Assembly (NCBI GenBank): GCA_965206645.1
Contig: CBDBKE010000004.1
Coordinates: forward strand, 1,408,001-1,472,000
Length of the DNA: 64,000 nucleotides
Origin: Terriglobia bacterium
GTDB taxonomy: Bacteria > Acidobacteriota > Terriglobia > JAJPHL01 > JAPKYU01
Reading direction: 5' to 3'
Shown here: in pieces, positions 19,790 through 29,470 of the stretch
Layout of the letters: the number at the start of each line of letters is the position of its first letter
Position numbering within the stretch: the stretch's first letter is position 1
Position numbers and translations under genes: made by a program
Notes under the pieces: generated by a model
What the model was told of the DNA's origin: nothing
The model's database searches: none
Seen by the model: the letters and a program-made list of their open reading frames with translations, nothing else

Positions 19790-19885
19790 CCATTTGACGT
19801 GATGGCCATTTGCCATGATGGCCATTTGCTATGATGGCCATTTGCTATGATGGCCATTTGCTATGATGGCCATTTGCTATGATGG
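19790..19885. repeat. 6 x 16-bp tandem repeat (CCATTTGCTATGATGG)
   Basis: Four perfect and two degenerate (5') units, no spacers. Confidence 0.95.
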
Positions 19886-19939
19886 TGCCCCGGAGGAAGC
19901 CTTGTTGGGAGAGCGCGGCGGGGAGGTCGGAAAAGCTTA

Positions 19940-20320
19940 ATGAAACATTCGGCTGCATTCTTGAAACTCGTCGAAGACGCCAAGACGCGGATCGGTGAGC
20001 TCACGGTAGAGGACGTTTGGCGGAAACAGGGACGCGGTCAGTCGTTCGAATTCGTGGACGTGCGTGAAGACAACGAGTGGGCTCAAGGCTACGCGGCCGG
20101 TGCCCGGCACATCGGCCGTGGAGTTCTGGAGCGCGACATCGAAGACCTGGTGCCGGACCGCGACCGGGAAATTGTGCTCTACTGCGGGGGCGGCTTCCGG
20201 TCCGCGCTGGCCGCCGACAACTTGCAGAAGATGGGCTACCTCCGGGTCTTCTCCATGGCCGGTGGAATTCGTGCCTGGCGGGAGCAGGGGCTGCCGGAGG
20301 CGGAGCCCAGCGAGCCGTAG
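19940..20320 (+). CDS. Rhodanese-like sulfurtransferase
   Basis: VDVRE..EW, LYCGGGFRSALAA, SMAGGIRAW. Confidence 0.92.
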   Translation: MKHSAAFLKLVEDAKTRIGELTVEDVWRKQGRGQSFEFVDVREDNEWAQGYAAGARHIGRGVLERDIEDLVPDRDREIVLYCGGGFRSALAADNLQKMGYLRVFSMAGGIRAWREQGLPEAEPSEP

Positions 20321-20361
20321 TCTGGCGAGGGCGCTATACTGGTGGGGCGAGCAGACGCAAG

Positions 20362-21018
20362 ATGAACAGGAGACTCTGGTTTATCGCGATCTTGGGTGCA
20401 TTGGTAGGCTGCGACCAGAACGTGGGACCGCCGGGAGCGGTGCCCCAGACACGACCCCAAGAGACTCAACCCCAAGCCAGTACCGCCAGACGGACGCCAG
20501 CAAGGGGCGATAGCGAGTCGGCTCCCGCAGCTAAAGAGGGAAGCGATGCAGCGGCTGGCGTCGTCTGGACGCCTCCGCCCCGCTGGGTCTCCCAGGGTTC
20601 GCGTCCGATGCGCGTCGTCACCTATCGCGTGCCGGCCGCGGAGGGCGATCCGGAAGATGGCGAATGCGCCGTCTTCTATTTTGGTAGCGGGCGGGGCGGC
20701 ACGGTGGAGGCAAACCTGAAGCGCTGGATCTCCCAGTTCGAGCAGCCCGGCGGAACAAGTTCGGAAGACGCGGCGAAGATCAAGCAGCAAGTCATCAGCG
20801 GCCTGAACGTCACTACTGTAGATCTGAGCGGCACCTACCTGGCTTCCGCTGGCCCCATGTCGCCGGTAAAACAACGCAAGCCCGGCTACCGCCTGCTGGG
20901 CGCGATTGTGAATGCGCCGGAGGGGGCCCTGTTTTTCAAATTTACCGGCCCGGCGCCGACCGTGGCGGCGAGCACCGAACAGTTCCGGGCGATGTTGCAA
21001 TCCCTGCGGCAGCAGTAG
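20362..21018 (+). CDS. Putative lipoprotein of unknown function
   Basis: Signal peptide with lipobox LVG-C, low-complexity linker, conserved-looking GGTVEANLKRWISQF and FFKFTGP. Confidence 0.75.
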   Translation: MNRRLWFIAILGALVGCDQNVGPPGAVPQTRPQETQPQASTARRTPARGDSESAPAAKEGSDAAAGVVWTPPPRWVSQGSRPMRVVTYRVPAAEGDPEDGECAVFYFGSGRGGTVEANLKRWISQFEQPGGTSSEDAAKIKQQVISGLNVTTVDLSGTYLASAGPMSPVKQRKPGYRLLGAIVNAPEGALFFKFTGPAPTVAASTEQFRAMLQSLRQQ

Positions 21019-21071
21019 CCTCCGCGTGCTGGCGCAGGCGGTACGCTATAGCTTGTTCTGCTTTCCAAACA

Positions 21072-22142
21072 ATGTCCCACTCATCGAAAGATTCACGTTT
21101 GCTGCGCGCCTGCCGCAGACAACCCGTGGACATCACTCCAGTCTGGTTCATGCGCCAGGCCGGCCGCTACATGCCGGAGTATCGGGCGATCCGCGAAAAG
21201 CACACCCTGCTGGAGATCTGCAAGACCCCGGCGCTGGCGGCCGAGGTCACCATCACCGCCGCCGAACGCCTCGATGTGGATGCGGCCATCATCTTCGCCG
21301 ACCTGCTGTTACCCGTCGAACCGATGGGGATGCGCCTGCGGTTCGAACAGGGCGAAGGCCCGGTGTTGGACAACCCACTGCGGGATGAAGCCGCGGTTGC
21401 GCGGCTCCGCAGCGACGTGGCTTCCGAGCTGGGTTTTGTTTCCGAAGCCATCCGGCTGGTCCGCCAGCACTTCGGCGAACGTTTGCCGGTGATCGGATTT
21501 GCCGGGGCACCCTTCACGCTGGCCAGTTACATGATTGAAGGCGGTAGCTCTCGCCACTTCCTTGCCACCAAGACGCTGCTCTACCAAGCTCCGCAAGCCT
21601 GGGCCCTGCTGATGGAGAAGCTTTGCTCGGCGCTGGAGCCCTATCTGTTGGCCCAGGTGGAAGCGGGCGCCGATGTGGTGCAGTTGTTCGACAGCTGGGT
21701 GGGCTGCCTCAGTGTGGACGACTACCGCGAGTACGTACTCCCCTACTCGAAAAGGTTGATCCGCGCAGTCCAGGCCCTCGGGGTCCCCGTGATTCACTTT
21801 GCCACCGAATCAGCCTCGTTGCTGGAGGCCATGGAACAGGCAGATGCGGCGGTGCTGAGTGTGGACTGGCGCATCCGGCTAGATGAAGCCTGGGCTCGGG
21901 TCGGCCACCGGCCGGCCATTCAGGGCAACCTGGACCCGGCGGCACTGCTGGCGCCCCTGCCGGAACTGAGGCGCCGGATTCGCGCCATCCTGGAGCAGGC
22001 CGGCCAGCGTCCGGGCCACATCTTCAACCTGGGGCACGGTATTCTGCCCGGAACTCCGGTGGAAAATGTGATCGCCACCGTACAAATGGTCCGGGAGTAT
22101 TCGCCGAAGTGCGGAGATGCAGGCGCAGCGCAAAGTGAGTAA
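21072..22142 (+). CDS. hemE: Uroporphyrinogen decarboxylase
   Basis: PVWFMRQAGRYMPEY, IGFAGAPFTLASY, IFNLGHGI. Confidence 0.97.
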   Translation: MSHSSKDSRLLRACRRQPVDITPVWFMRQAGRYMPEYRAIREKHTLLEICKTPALAAEVTITAAERLDVDAAIIFADLLLPVEPMGMRLRFEQGEGPVLDNPLRDEAAVARLRSDVASELGFVSEAIRLVRQHFGERLPVIGFAGAPFTLASYMIEGGSSRHFLATKTLLYQAPQAWALLMEKLCSALEPYLLAQVEAGADVVQLFDSWVGCLSVDDYREYVLPYSKRLIRAVQALGVPVIHFATESASLLEAMEQADAAVLSVDWRIRLDEAWARVGHRPAIQGNLDPAALLAPLPELRRRIRAILEQAGQRPGHIFNLGHGILPGTPVENVIATVQMVREYSPKCGDAGAAQSE

Positions 22143-23082
22143 GTCCAAGACTCGAAACCCGAAATCCGAAACCCCAAGGCGGGCAGTTCTGCTCCTGGCC
22201 CACGGCGCCCCCGATCGCCTGGAGGACATCCCCGAATTTCTGCGGCACGTACGCAGCGGCCGACCATTGTCCGGACATGCAGTCCAGGAAATCACCCAGC
22301 GCTACGCCCGCATCGGTGGCGGTTCGCCGCTGCGCCGCATTTCCGAACAGCAGGCCTGCGCGCTGGCAGCGCACCTTGCTGTGCCGGTCGTTGTGGGAAT
22401 GAGGAACTGGAAGCCTTTCATCGCTGAGGCGCTGGCCAGCCTGCCGGCCGAGCTGGAGCGGTTGGTAGTCATCTGCCTGGCGCCGCAAAACTCGCGCACC
22501 AGCGTGGGCCTCTATCGGCAGCACTTAGAGCACGCACTGGATGCGAGTCCGGCGCGGCCACAAGAGCGCCCCCGAGTAAGGTTTGTTGAAAGCTGGCACG
22601 ATCATCCGCGGCTGATTCAGGCGTTCGCTGAAAAAGTGCGCGCCGGGCTGGCCGCCACGGAAGCCGGTGTGGACGGCGAAATTCCCGTGATCCTCACGGC
22701 GCATAGCGTCCCGGAGTCCACCGTTGCCGGCGGTGATCCCTATGCCACGCAGGTCGAGCAGACGGCCGCACTGGTCGCGGCCGCGGCGCGCCTCCGCAAC
22801 TGGCGCACCGCTTACCAGAGCCAGGGGATGACAGCAGAACCCTGGATCGGGCCGACTGTTGAATCTCAGATTGACAAGCTGGCAGCCAAGGGATGTCGTG
22901 TCGTCTTCATCGCTCCCATCGGCTTTGTCTCCGACCACGCGGAAATCCTCTACGACATCGACATCCAGTTTCGGGAGTACGCGCGGGCCAAGGCTATGAA
23001 GCTGTGCCGTTCCGAGTCACTCAATGACAGCCCGTTGCTGATCGAGACGCTGGCCGCGCTGGTGCAGGAGCAGCTGGAATGA
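22117..23082 (+). CDS. hemH: Ferrochelatase
   Basis: LLLAHGAP, GGGSPL, TAHSVP, YQSQG..PWIGP, PIGFVSDHAEILYDID. The start may be GTG 22135. Confidence 0.93.
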   Translation: MQAQRKVSKSKTRNPKSETPRRAVLLLAHGAPDRLEDIPEFLRHVRSGRPLSGHAVQEITQRYARIGGGSPLRRISEQQACALAAHLAVPVVVGMRNWKPFIAEALASLPAELERLVVICLAPQNSRTSVGLYRQHLEHALDASPARPQERPRVRFVESWHDHPRLIQAFAEKVRAGLAATEAGVDGEIPVILTAHSVPESTVAGGDPYATQVEQTAALVAAAARLRNWRTAYQSQGMTAEPWIGPTVESQIDKLAAKGCRVVFIAPIGFVSDHAEILYDIDIQFREYARAKAMKLCRSESLNDSPLLIETLAALVQEQLE

Positions 23083-23169
23083 ATCGACCGCAAGGACCGA
23101 TTCCTTCAGTCTTCATGTTTGACACAAACTTCTGAGTGAGGATACTAATTACTAACGAGGAAAGGAAGC

Positions 23170-23640
23170 ATGGAGAAGGCAACGTTCGGCGCAGGGTGCT
23201 TTTGGGGGATAGAGGCCGCCTTCCGTCAGGTCCCAGGCGTGGTGGACGCGGCGGTTGGCTACATGGGCGGGACGTTGGAGAACCCTACCTACCAGGACGT
23301 ATGTACGGACACCACCGGCCATGCCGAGGTCGTGCAGGTCACTTTTGATCCCGCGCAGGTTTCCTGCCAGCAACTGCTCGATCTGTTTTGGGAAATTCAC
23401 GACCCCACGACCCCGAATCGACAGGGGCCGGACGTCGGCAAGCAGTATCGTTCGGCAATTTTCTTCCACTCGACCGAACAGGAGGCCGCCGCCCGCGCCT
23501 CCAAGGAGAAGCAACATGCGTCGGCCCGATTCCGGGGCTCGATTGTCACCGAGATCATCCCGGCCCCAACATTTTACCGAGCAGAGGAATACCACCAGCG
23601 ATATTTCGAAAAGCAGGGCATCGCCGCCTGCCATCGATAG
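23170..23640 (+). CDS. msrA: Peptide methionine sulfoxide reductase A
   Basis: [32 protein letters not shown]. Confidence 0.97.
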   Translation: MEKATFGAGCFWGIEAAFRQVPGVVDAAVGYMGGTLENPTYQDVCTDTTGHAEVVQVTFDPAQVSCQQLLDLFWEIHDPTTPNRQGPDVGKQYRSAIFFHSTEQEAAARASKEKQHASARFRGSIVTEIIPAPTFYRAEEYHQRYFEKQGIAACHR

Positions 23641-23793
23641 CGATTCTCCAGAATCAAATCCGGCGCACGATGGGGAGTGTCTCGAGACAGTTAGCTAAGT
23701 AGGACCCATGAACCGCCTTTCGGGAAAAATGGGTAGCTTCTCAGCAAAAAATGCGTTATTGAGTTTCCGGTTGGACTGAGACGCTATCAGGGA

Positions 23794-24129
23794 GTGGATG
23801 GAGCTGTGGGAGTCGAGAGGAGGCAGTACAAGCGCTACGGGGTGACGGGAAGGGCAGAGTTTCGGACCGATTCTGCAAAGGCGGTCGGCGAGTTGCTGGA
23901 TATCGGAACTGGAGGCGTGCTCGTCCGCAGCCAGCTCATCCCCGACAAGGGGACAAATCTTTGGGTCCAGTTCACCGTGGCGGGCTACCCGGGGGCGCTC
24001 GACAGCCGGGGGCGCGTAGTGCGCAGCCAATTGGACGTGCTGGCGGTCATGTTCCTGGAGCCCCCGGCCGAGTTGGAGAGGCTACTGGCGTGGCTGGAAC
24101 ACCGCACCCCACCGCAATCGGGCGCCTGA
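23794..24129 (+). CDS. PilZ domain protein
   Basis: RQYKR (RxxxR) and DIGTGG, then GRVVR beta strands. Confidence 0.75.
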   Translation: MDGAVGVERRQYKRYGVTGRAEFRTDSAKAVGELLDIGTGGVLVRSQLIPDKGTNLWVQFTVAGYPGALDSRGRVVRSQLDVLAVMFLEPPAELERLLAWLEHRTPPQSGA

Positions 24130-24255
24130 ATTGCTGTCCTAGACTTGCAGTCCGCTTCGATCAACCTTGAGAATTGGGCTGCAGCCAGCCTTCAGAAGGT
24201 TTGGACTTGCTCGCGTCGGGTCCCGGTTTTCCGGAGAAGCCGTGACGAAGGGGCG

Positions 24256-24756
24256 TTACCGGGCCCAACCTGGAGGTAACCCGCTCCGGCGGAGTTTCTC
24301 CTCCAGGTCTTCGATGGACTTCCGGGCCTTTTCCACCGCCGCCTCTTGCTGTTGCACTTCCTGCCCGCGTCCCAGCAGCCATCCCTGGCGGAGTTCTGCC
24401 AGTTTCTTTTCCTCAGCCGCCAGGGCGGCGTGCAACCGGGCGGCTTTCGCCCGGTATTCTTTCTCGACTTCCGCCCTAGTCTTCTTGTCTTCGCCCTTGG
24501 GGGGCGCCTGTTCCCCTTCCTGTCCCGTCTTGCCCTCTTTGGCCTTTGTCTCGGCTGGGACGCCGGTGCTGAGGCCGCCCCGGCTCGGCAGATCCTCGTT
24601 GGTGTAAACCCGGGTAGCTTTGGCCTGCTTACCCTTCTTGGCTCTATGCCGACGCGCCATCTCGCCCAGCGACTGGGCCGAGGCTGTGGCACTCAACAGC
24701 AGCACGACCGCCATCAGGCGAAAGATCCGGTATCCGAATGTTGGGTAGCTATGCAT
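24256..24756 (-). CDS. Secreted hypothetical protein
   Basis: Signal peptide ...SATASA-QSLGEMAR, VYTNEDL, coiled-coil C-terminus. Confidence 0.7.
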   Translation of the reverse strand: MHSYPTFGYRIFRLMAVVLLLSATASAQSLGEMARRHRAKKGKQAKATRVYTNEDLPSRGGLSTGVPAETKAKEGKTGQEGEQAPPKGEDKKTRAEVEKEYRAKAARLHAALAAEEKKLAELRQGWLLGRGQEVQQQEAAVEKARKSIEDLEEKLRRSGLPPGWAR

Positions 24757-24948
24757 AGAAACCGCCCTCCCGACCAGGCGCGATGGCCCTCTTCGCCGCT
24801 CAATTCTCTAGTTTAGCTCCTGGCCTAAGCACAAATCAAGGAGGCTGCCGGTGCACAGAACGGTCCACGCTACTGCCGTGGGGCGATATTGAAGTCCAGC
24901 CCTGCTGTCACCCTACGAGCTTTCTCCTTTGAGAGCTTCGTCGTTCGG

Positions 24949-25680
24949 TTAAGACGGGCCGCCCGGAGGGTTCGCATGAGATGAATTTAGGAGACCTTCG
25001 ATCCGATCCAGTTTCTGGCTGAGGGTTTTGAGGTCCGCGCCGGATTCCTGCGCAACGAAATACGCCGCTACAGACGCCGATATCGTAGATGTCAGGCCCA
25101 CTCCGCTCAGCATGAGCAAGATGGCCACCAGTCTGCCCCCGACGCTCAGCGGTGTAATGTCTCCATAGCCCACCGTGGTTACGGTAACGATTGCCCACCA
25201 GATACCCTCCCAAAAACCGTGCTGAACCGTATGCGGCTCCAGCACCGCCAAACTGCCGCCTCCGGCGAAAACCAACAGGGCGGTCACCATGGCCATATAG
25301 GCGAGGCCCCGGCGACCCAGAATGCGGGCCACAGAGTCCATGCCGCGGGCCGTTACCCCCACCAGTCGAAGAAGTGGGAAGAGGCGGGCCAGGCGAGCCA
25401 GTCGAGTGAGGGCGAGCGCAGCGGGCAGCAGGGGGAAAGACACAATCACTACGACTGCGCTGAGCCGGTGTGTCCTAGCGTACTGCCGACGATTATCGGC
25501 ATGGGTCAGTCCCACCACGTAGTCCACCACGAAGACAGTCCAGATCGCCCAGTCGGCAACATACATGAGAGGGCTTCTGGTGCCCAGCTCGTACAGGACG
25601 GTAACGGGAATCGTGGCAATGGCTCCAAGCAAGACACCGATCTCTAAAGCGATTTGCCATTGGTTTCTCATAGATTCCAC
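24949..25680 (-). CDS. Potassium channel (ion transport domain)
   Basis: TVTTVGYGD selectivity filter; Arg-rich S4-like segment RLARLARLFPLLR. Confidence 0.92.
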   Translation of the reverse strand: MESMRNQWQIALEIGVLLGAIATIPVTVLYELGTRSPLMYVADWAIWTVFVVDYVVGLTHADNRRQYARTHRLSAVVVIVSFPLLPAALALTRLARLARLFPLLRLVGVTARGMDSVARILGRRGLAYMAMVTALLVFAGGGSLAVLEPHTVQHGFWEGIWWAIVTVTTVGYGDITPLSVGGRLVAILLMLSGVGLTSTISASVAAYFVAQESGADLKTLSQKLDRIEGLLNSSHANPPGGPS

Positions 25681-26017
25681 CCTTTTGAAAAACAGTAGTT
25701 AGCTGGCTTCTGCAACCGAAGACACCCAGGCGCAATATAGCACGGCAGCGAAACAGCCCTTTCTCGGACCCGGGCCTGCAGTTCCTCTTCAGAATTGTCT
25801 ATGGATTCAGAGCTGCTCGGCACCTGCTGCGCTTACCTGCCCGCCTGATCAGCGCGGCGGTTGCACAGGATTTCCCGGACCGCGTTGTAGCCGGGCGCAC
25901 CCATGACTCCAACAGCCCAGGGCTGGTGGGTTGTGAAACGTTGGGAAACCTGAGATTTCTGCTCTTGAGGATGATTTCTGTTTCGAGCCAAGGGCCCGGT
26001 CGGCTCTGGCCACGCAC

Positions 26018-26353
26018 CTATGAACTGGGTCCAGCAGAACTTTCGGGTGCGTCGGCGCTGGCCATGTAATTGCGGAAAGTGGCGGTGACTTCCGGAGGCA
26101 CAGATTCAAACCGGATGCCCACCCCTCTTGGGCTGGAGTTGACCACAATGCCACGCACCCGAAATTGGCTTCGGTGGCCGGGTAGCGCAAACGCCAGTTC
26201 GTATCGCTGGCCCGCCTGGGCCACGTCGGGGGGCACCGCCAACATCCCGTACTCACTGAACTCGACTACCCGCCCGTGCGCCACCTGTCGGCCCAGGCGA
26301 ACCGAGACCTTCCAATCCACCGCCACGCGGGCTACCTTCCGTTTTTCGTCCAT
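26018..26353 (-). CDS. PilZ domain protein
   Basis: RKVAR, EFSEYG, RGIVV, GVGIRF. Confidence 0.8.
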   Translation of the reverse strand: MDEKRKVARVAVDWKVSVRLGRQVAHGRVVEFSEYGMLAVPPDVAQAGQRYELAFALPGHRSQFRVRGIVVNSSPRGVGIRFESVPPEVTATFRNYMASADAPESSAGPSS

Positions 26354-26421
26354 ACGGTACCTATCATTCGATTCGCCAGTCTCAGGAGGAGAGGAAACTG
26401 TTGGATAGTTTACAAACTCAC

Positions 26422-27711
26422 TTAGCTGGCGCTGCCGCGCCAGACCAGCCGACCGTCCACAATGGTAACTTCGGGGCCACCCCGAAAGGCGCGGCCGTCG
26501 AAGGGACTATTTTTGCTCTTGGAACAGGAAGTGTTCAAGTCAAATTTCCAGGGCCGATCAGTGGAAAACACGGTGATGTCGGCGTGCCCCCCTGGCGCCA
26601 GCGACCCACGGCCCGGCAGGCCCAGGAGGCGGGCCGGGTTGGTGGAAAACAGCTCTACCAGACGGGATAGCCCAATACTCCCACTGTGGTAAAGGCGCTC
26701 CAGAGCCAGGCCCAGGGCGGTTTCCAGGCCTACAATGCCGAAAGGGGCCAACTCAAATTCCTGCATTTTTTCGCTGCCGGGGTGCGGCGCGTGATCGGTG
26801 GCAATGGCGTCCACGGTTCCATCCACCAGACCGTCCTCGAGAGCGGCCACGTCCTGGCGGGTCCGCAGTGGCGGCTTCATCTTGTAATTGGTGTCGTAGT
26901 CGACGATGTCTTCCTCGCTGAGAGCGAAGTGGTGCGGAGTCACCTCACAGGTGATTCGGAGCCCTAGGGCCCGCGCCTCCCGCACCATCTGGAGTGAGCG
27001 CGCGGTTGACAGATGAGCGATGTGCAGATGGGCCGAAGTATCGCCTGCCAGCAGGATATTGCGCGACACCATCACGTCTTCGGAGGCTCCGCTGATCCCG
27101 CGCAGGCCGAGGCGGGTGGAGACTACCCCTTCGTGCATCTGGCCTCTCGCGGACAACTGCAGGTCTTCGGAGTGGTCAATGACGGGCAGGTCGTAGGCCA
27201 GCGAGTATTCCATGGCGTGGCGCATCAGGCGGGTGTTCATGACCGGGCGGCCATCGTCCGAGATGGCCACGATTCCTGCCTGCCGCATGGCGCCAATTTC
27301 GGCCAGCCGCTCGCCCCGGCTGCGGTGCGAGATGGCCCCGATGGGAAAGATGTGGACCGCCGCGCGCCGGGCCGTCTCGACAATGAATTGGGTCACCGCT
27401 GCGTTGTCGTTGACCGGGTTGGTATTGGGCATGGCGCAGATGGCCGTGAAGCCTCCGGCAGCGGCCGCCCGTGCCCCGGTCTCGATGGTTTCGGCGTGCT
27501 CATTGCCGGGTTCCCGCAAGTGCACATGCAGGTCGATGAAGCCGGGCGCCACCACCAGTCCTGTGGCATCCAGCACCTCGGCGTCGGGCACCTGCAGCGC
27601 AGGAGCCACTTCGGCAATAAGCCCGTCGCGCAGCAGAACGTCGCGCACCGCGTCCAGTTTCTGCGTGGGGTCCACGACCCGGCCGTTCTTCAACAACAGC
27701 ATCGTTGGCAT
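26422..27711 (-). CDS. pyrC: Dihydroorotase
   Basis: [28 protein letters not shown]. Confidence 0.95.
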   Translation of the reverse strand: MPTMLLLKNGRVVDPTQKLDAVRDVLLRDGLIAEVAPALQVPDAEVLDATGLVVAPGFIDLHVHLREPGNEHAETIETGARAAAAGGFTAICAMPNTNPVNDNAAVTQFIVETARRAAVHIFPIGAISHRSRGERLAEIGAMRQAGIVAISDDGRPVMNTRLMRHAMEYSLAYDLPVIDHSEDLQLSARGQMHEGVVSTRLGLRGISGASEDVMVSRNILLAGDTSAHLHIAHLSTARSLQMVREARALGLRITCEVTPHHFALSEEDIVDYDTNYKMKPPLRTRQDVAALEDGLVDGTVDAIATDHAPHPGSEKMQEFELAPFGIVGLETALGLALERLYHSGSIGLSRLVELFSTNPARLLGLPGRGSLAPGGHADITVFSTDRPWKFDLNTSCSKSKNSPFDGRAFRGGPEVTIVDGRLVWRGSAS

Positions 27712-27730
27712 TTCCGACTTTGCCTGGTCT

Positions 27731-28669
27731 TTAGTGCGGCAATCCGCCGGGCGCCTCGGGCGGCCCCAGCAGCAGGTCCAGCACCGCCATCCGCACCGCC
27801 ACCCCGTTTTCCACCTGGTTCAAGATGACCGAACGCGGAAAGTCGGCCACCTCGGAGGAGATTTCTCGGCCCCGATTGATAGGCCCCGGATGCATCACAA
27901 TGGCATCCTCACGAGCCGCCCGCAGGTGATCCAGCCGCAGGCCATAGAGCTGAAAGTATTCCTGAATGGAGGGGAAGTAGGGCTCGGTCTGCCGCTCCAG
28001 TTGCACGCGCAACATCATGATGACGTCGGCGCCTGCGATCGCCTCCTCCATCTGGTAGCTGAGCGAAACACAGGGTGAGAGGCGCGCCAGCTCCGGCGGG
28101 ACCAGCGGCGGCGGGCCGCACAACACCACTCGCGCCCCAAACTTGCTCAGCAGCCAGACGTTGGAACGGGCCACCCGGCTGTGGGTAATGTCTCCGATGA
28201 TGGCCACCTGCAACCCGGCTAGCGACGACTTGTACTCCAGGATGGTGAACGCATCCAGCAACGCCTGCGTGGGATGTTCGTGGGCGCCATCGCCGGCGTT
28301 GATGATGGGGGTCGCCAGGTGGCGCGCCAGGAAATGGGGGGCGCCGGAAGCCGAGTGCCGCATGATGATGGCATCGGGGTGCATCGCGGCCAGCGTGTTG
28401 AGCGTGTCCAGCAGTGACTCGCCCTTTTCCACGCTGGACGCCTGGGCTGTGATGCTCAGCGTGTCGGCGCCGAGCCGTCGAGCCGCCAGCTCAAACGAGA
28501 TGCGCGTGCGGGTCGACGCCTCAAAGAAAAGGTGAATGATGGTCTTGCCCCGCAGCCGGTCCAGCTTCTGCTGCGTGCGCTGCAACGGCTTGTAAACACG
28601 AGCCCGATCCAGCACCGCCTGGATATCGCTGGTGGACAGTTCTTCGACTCCGAGAAGCCCCTTCTTCAT
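27731..28669 (-). CDS. pyrB: Aspartate carbamoyltransferase catalytic subunit
   Basis: [30 protein letters not shown]. Confidence 0.97.
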   Translation of the reverse strand: MKKGLLGVEELSTSDIQAVLDRARVYKPLQRTQQKLDRLRGKTIIHLFFEASTRTRISFELAARRLGADTLSITAQASSVEKGESLLDTLNTLAAMHPDAIIMRHSASGAPHFLARHLATPIINAGDGAHEHPTQALLDAFTILEYKSSLAGLQVAIIGDITHSRVARSNVWLLSKFGARVVLCGPPPLVPPELARLSPCVSLSYQMEEAIAGADVIMMLRVQLERQTEPYFPSIQEYFQLYGLRLDHLRAAREDAIVMHPGPINRGREISSEVADFPRSVILNQVENGVAVRMAVLDLLLGPPEAPGGLPH

Positions 28670-28723
28670 CGGTTCATTGGCTGCCCCAGCATTGAATCAT
28701 CCATGTGCGCATGAATCAAGGAG

Positions 28724-29275
28724 TCAATCGTCAGTCGTTTCGACCAACATGACCCGCTCGTTCAGATCCACTTCCTCGAGCTTCACTTCGATGATCTCGC
28801 GGTCGCTCGTCTCCACGTACTTGCCGACGTAGCGCGCTTCGATGGGCAGCTCGCGGTGCCCCCGGTCAATCAACGCCAGCAACTGGATGCGGCGCGGTCG
28901 CCCGCGGTCAAACAGGGCGTCGAGCGCGGCGCGCGTGGTCCGGCCGGTGTAGAGCACGTCATCCACCACGATGAGGTCCATGCCGTTGATGGGAAACGAG
29001 ATCTCGGTGGCCTGGACCACCGGCTTCTGATCCACGGTGGAGAGGTCGTCACGGTAGAACGTGATGTCCAGGACACCGACCGGAATCTCGCTCTGCGCGA
29101 GTTGTCGAATCTTATCGGCCAGCCGCCGAGCCAGCGGCACGCCCCGGCGGCGGATGCCGATCAAGGCCAGGTCTTGCAGCGTCTCATTTTTTTCAATGAT
29201 TTCGTGAGCCAGGCGAGTCAGGGTGCGGTCAATCTCGGACCCGCTCATCAGTTGCGCCTTCTCGCGGAGTGCCAT
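28724..29275 (-). CDS. pyrR: PyrR regulator / uracil phosphoribosyltransferase
   Basis: LDITFYRDD, VDDVLYTGRT, DRGHRELPI. Confidence 0.96.
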   Translation of the reverse strand: MALREKAQLMSGSEIDRTLTRLAHEIIEKNETLQDLALIGIRRRGVPLARRLADKIRQLAQSEIPVGVLDITFYRDDLSTVDQKPVVQATEISFPINGMDLIVVDDVLYTGRTTRAALDALFDRGRPRRIQLLALIDRGHRELPIEARYVGKYVETSDREIIEVKLEEVDLNERVMLVETTDD

Positions 29276-29289
29276 GGCCAGCGCCCGCC

Positions 29290-29318
29290 ATCATACCGGA
29301 CGCCTCAGCCAGCGGCAA
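29290..29318 (-). promoter_or_regulatory. Putative sigma70 promoter of pyrRBC
   Basis: TTGCCG-N17-TATGAT on the minus strand, ending 14 nt before the pyrR ATG. Confidence 0.45.
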
Positions 29319-29470
29319 GCATTCCCCGGATCCTTCCTCGCAACTTGTCGACAATAAGCGGGCCCTCCTGGTGGGAACTGCTGCAAGCGCTCCCAGAAGA
29401 GGGTGCTAAGTCTGTCTGCCTCACGGGTCTGCGCCCGAAGCGAAAGGCACGCTGTGCTAGACTGCGGTTG

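Noticed and set aside
19790-19885. CRISPR array
   Set aside because: Units are contiguous with no unique spacers and there are no cas genes.
25736-26017. Intergenic stretch between the K+ channel and PilZ genes as an ncRNA or small gene
   Set aside because: No recognisable RNA motif or convincing ORF.
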